From Haliea sp. (GTDB lineage: Bacteria; Pseudomonadota; Gammaproteobacteria; Pseudomonadales; Halieaceae): DNA of 24,000 bases. The notes under the pieces were generated by a model, which worked only from the letters and a program-made list of their open reading frames with translations, made no database searches and was not told the origin of the DNA. The DNA lies in assembly GCA_040221975.1 (NCBI GenBank), contig JAVJWR010000033.1, positions 244,092-268,091 on the forward strand. The letters are read 5' to 3'. Positions within the stretch are counted from its first letter, which is position 1, and each line of letters opens with the position of its first letter. A program made the translations under genes and the position numbers. Of the stretch, positions 21,799 to 24,000 are shown piece by piece.

Positions 21799-22974
21799 AT
21801 GCTGGTCAACTTCTTCCACGGCCTGCGCGACGCCGGCATACCGGTCACGACTCGCGAGCTGCTGGACCTGCTGGCGGGCATGCAACAGCACGTCGCTTTC
21901 GGCTCCATCGATGACTTCTACTACTTCAGCCGCACCTGCCTGGTCAAGGACGAGAAGTACTTCGACCGCTTTGACCGCGCCTTCGGTTTGCACTTCAAGG
22001 ACCTGGAGGCGCTGGACGACGTCATTGAAGCCATTATCCCCGACGACTGGCTGCGGGCGGAATTCATGAAGCAGCTGTCCGACGAGGACAGGGAGAAGAT
22101 TGAATCCCTGGGCGGGCTGGAAAAGCTGATCGAGGAGTTCAAGAAGCGGCTGGAGGAGCAGAAGGAGCGCCACCAGGGTGGCAGCAAGTGGATCGGCACC
22201 GGCGGCACCTCGCCCTTCGGCCAGCAGGGCTACCACCCGGAGGGCATCCGCGTGGGCCCCAATGGCGGCAACCGCAAGGCGGTGAAGGTCTGGGACAAGC
22301 GTGAATTCCGCAACCTCGACGACAGCGTGGAGCTGGGTACCCGCAACATCAAGGTGGCCCTGCGGCGGCTGCGCAAGTTCGCCCGCACCGGCGCCGCCGA
22401 CGAGCTGGATCTGGACGATACCATCCGTTCCACTGCCCGCAATGCGGGGCTGCTGGACATCAAGATGGTTCCGGAGCGACACAACGCGGTGAAGGTGCTG
22501 CTGTTTTTCGATGTCGGCGGCTCCATGGACCCGCACGTGCGCGTGTGCGAGGAGCTGTTCTCCGCGGCGCGCACCGAGTTCAAGCACATGGAGTATTTCT
22601 ACTTCCACAACTTCATCTACGAGAGCGTGTGGCGCAACAATGTCCGCCGGCACAATGAACGCTTGCCGCTGCTGGACGTCATGCACAAGTACAGCCACGA
22701 CTACAAGGTGATCTTCGTCGGCGACGCCGCCATGTCGCCCTACGAGATCGCCCAGCCCGGCGGTTCGGTGGAGCACTGGAACGAGGAGGCGGGCGAGGTA
22801 TGGATGCGGCGCCTGAAGCAGACCTACGAGAAAGTCATCTGGATCAACCCGGTGCCGCAGGAGGAGTGGGAGTACACCCAGTCCACCGCCATGACCCACA
22901 AGCTGCTGGAGGGCCACATGTACCCTCTGACCCTGCGCGGCCTCGAAGAGGCCATGGGCTATTTGTCCAAGTAG
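21799..22974 (+). CDS. CoxE-like VWA domain protein (MoxR partner)
   Basis: 391 aa from ATG 21799, 4 nt after the ATPase stop. The N-terminal region is CoxE-type (GGSKWIGTGGTSPFG). The C-terminal VWA fold has VLLFFDVGGSMD and VIFVGDAAMS. Confidence 0.82.
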   Translation: MLVNFFHGLRDAGIPVTTRELLDLLAGMQQHVAFGSIDDFYYFSRTCLVKDEKYFDRFDRAFGLHFKDLEALDDVIEAIIPDDWLRAEFMKQLSDEDREKIESLGGLEKLIEEFKKRLEEQKERHQGGSKWIGTGGTSPFGQQGYHPEGIRVGPNGGNRKAVKVWDKREFRNLDDSVELGTRNIKVALRRLRKFARTGAADELDLDDTIRSTARNAGLLDIKMVPERHNAVKVLLFFDVGGSMDPHVRVCEELFSAARTEFKHMEYFYFHNFIYESVWRNNVRRHNERLPLLDVMHKYSHDYKVIFVGDAAMSPYEIAQPGGSVEHWNEEAGEVWMRRLKQTYEKVIWINPVPQEEWEYTQSTAMTHKLLEGHMYPLTLRGLEEAMGYLSK

Positions 22975-23735
22975 CCGGAGAACGCAATCAGGCTGGCGGT
23001 TACCGCCACGTTGAGTGATTCCACCCCGTTGCGCATGGGAATCCCCAGGGCCACGTCCGCCAGCGCGTCGGTGGCGGCGGAGACGCCCTCGGTTTCGTTG
23101 CCCAGCACATAGACACAGTGCCCCCCGGGCCGGTGGCTGAACAGGCTCTCGCTGGCGTCCGCGCGCAGGCTGCAAACACTGATGCCGGCGGTCTTGCAGG
23201 CCCGCAGCGCCGCGGGCAGCTCTGCACAGGCCAGCAGCGGCGCCCGATAGACGGTGCCGGCACTGGCCTTGATTACCAGCGGCCCCAGGGCCGCGTTGCC
23301 GCGTTTCGCCAGCACAATGCCGTCGATCTGTCCGGCGGCGGCGGAGCGAATGATCATGCCCAGGTTCTGCGGGTTGGTGATACCGTCCAGCGCCAGCAGG
23401 CGCTGCGGCGGCGCCGGCAGCTTTTCCAGGTAGTCCTCCAGCCGCTGGAAGGCGGGGCAGAGGATGTCCGCCGCCACACCCTGGTCCTGGCGTCCGTTGC
23501 GGGAAATGCGCGCCAGCTCGGCGCGGCCGTGGTAGCGCGGCTCCACGCCGCGGCGCTGGGCGGCCCGCAGGATCTCGGCCATCACGCCGCCATCGCGATT
23601 GCTGTCGGCGATGTGCAGGGCGTGCAAGGTCAGGGCGGGGTCCAGCAGTGCTTCCAGCACGGGCTTGCGCCCGTAGACCGTCAGTACACGGTCAAAGAAC
23701 GCCTTGCGCGCTGTGTAGTCGCCAGGGCCGTTCAA
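22959..23735 (-). CDS. TrmH/SpoU-family RNA 2'-O-methyltransferase (RlmB-like)
   Basis: The N-terminal substrate-binding block is YGRKPVLEAL. The SpoU motifs are DGITNPQNLGMIIRSA, VLGNETEGVS and IPMRNGVESLNVAVTASL. The only upstream in-frame start is TTG 23735, so the start is uncertain. The 3' end overlaps the convergent CoxE-like gene by 16 nt. Confidence 0.85.
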   Translation of the reverse strand: MNGPGDYTARKAFFDRVLTVYGRKPVLEALLDPALTLHALHIADSNRDGGVMAEILRAAQRRGVEPRYHGRAELARISRNGRQDQGVAADILCPAFQRLEDYLEKLPAPPQRLLALDGITNPQNLGMIIRSAAAGQIDGIVLAKRGNAALGPLVIKASAGTVYRAPLLACAELPAALRACKTAGISVCSLRADASESLFSHRPGGHCVYVLGNETEGVSAATDALADVALGIPMRNGVESLNVAVTASLIAFSGYLDK

Positions 23736-23739
23736 GGAT

Positions 23740-24000
23740 TCAGACGCTGTGTTCGTGGCCGCTGGCGAGCCGGGTGACCTTGTCCGCGGACTGTTTCATG
23801 CGGCCGGCAATATCTTCGATCTGGGCGCCGGTGACGGGCCCGGCAATTGAGCCGGCGACGAAGCACATTACCGGCACCTGCCGGTAGACGAACACCGGCA
23901 CGGCGATGGTGCTGACCTCGTAGCGGGCCTTGGGTTCGATCCGGTCCAGGTGGTAGTGTTCCAGGCAGGCATCCTGCTGGTATTTGTTGGTGGCTTCCTC
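23740..24000 (-). CDS. Partial CDS (C-terminal 86 aa, 5' end outside the window); possibly the effector domain of an IclR-type regulator
   Basis: Hand translation of the - strand from 24000 is an open frame ending at TGA 23742-23740: ...YEVSTIAVPVFVYRQVPVMCFVAGSIAGPVTGAQIEDIAGRMKQSADKVTRLASGHEHSV. The AVPVF...(alternating hydrophobic)...GP pattern resembles IclR C-termini. It is absent from the ORF track because it has no start in the window. Confidence 0.4.
   Translation of the reverse strand, partial: EEATNKYQQDACLEHYHLDRIEPKARYEVSTIAVPVFVYRQVPVMCFVAGSIAGPVTGAQIEDIAGRMKQSADKVTRLASGHEHSV

Noticed and set aside
20907-21908. 333-aa - strand ORF antisense to the MoxR ATPase gene
   Set aside because: The opposite strand carries intact Walker A/B and sensor motifs. 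This frame has no motifs and is a GC-driven open frame.
21769-23175. 468-aa - strand ORF antisense to the CoxE-like VWA gene
   Set aside because: A shadow frame of a well-supported + strand gene. The composition is repetitive (runs of LLLL, QQ, GA-rich) with no recognisable domain.
1-24000. Search for CRISPR repeats, IS elements or inverted terminal repeats, integrases, tRNA/rRNA genes, toxin-antitoxin pairs or known phage-defence genes
   Set aside because: I saw no regularly spaced direct repeats, no transposase, recombinase or nuclease-like ORFs, and no cloverleaf-capable intergenic segments. The intergenic space is minimal, and every gap longer than 50 nt is accounted for above.

Overview
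This is a GC-rich (judged by eye, not computed), densely coding chromosomal segment that looks gammaproteobacterial. The synteny is dnaX-ybaB-recR followed by rnd-ycgL-ycgN. I saw no transposase or integrase, CRISPR array, tRNA or rRNA. The high GC content produces many long antisense shadow ORFs in the six-frame track, and I rejected them. Layout: (1) 40-7544 is a compact convergent glycan-assembly locus. On the + strand it has a UDP-xylose synthase and a Wzx-like flippase. On the - strand it has a CGHC thioredoxin-fold protein, an orphan 402-aa membrane protein, a 478-aa polytopic membrane protein (possibly GT-C-like), a WbaP/WcaJ-type priming phosphoglycosyltransferase and a GT26 WecG/TagA-like transferase, several joined by ATGA start/stop overlaps. 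(2) ampG lies at 7791-9128. (3) A - strand RND efflux operon (adaptor, pump, TetR) has the repressor gene last. Upstream is an AT-rich pair of 19-bp palindromes that look like its operators. (4) An SRP (4.5S) RNA gene sits just upstream of dnaX and overlaps the false 5' extension of the dnaX ORF in the track. (5) dnaX, ybaB, recR, rnd, ycgL-like, ycgN-like, a small membrane protein and an exported, membrane-anchored VWA protein form one very tightly packed + strand run. (6) A MoxR-type AAA+ ATPase and a CoxE-like VWA protein follow, then a convergent TrmH-family RNA methyltransferase and a partial regulator-like CDS. The best candidates for undescribed biology are the minimal glycan locus with its two uncharacterised membrane proteins and the module of two VWA proteins plus a MoxR ATPase. 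The TetR dual operator is the clearest new regulatory signal visible directly in the DNA. All functional calls rest on motif recognition by eye; no database search was possible.
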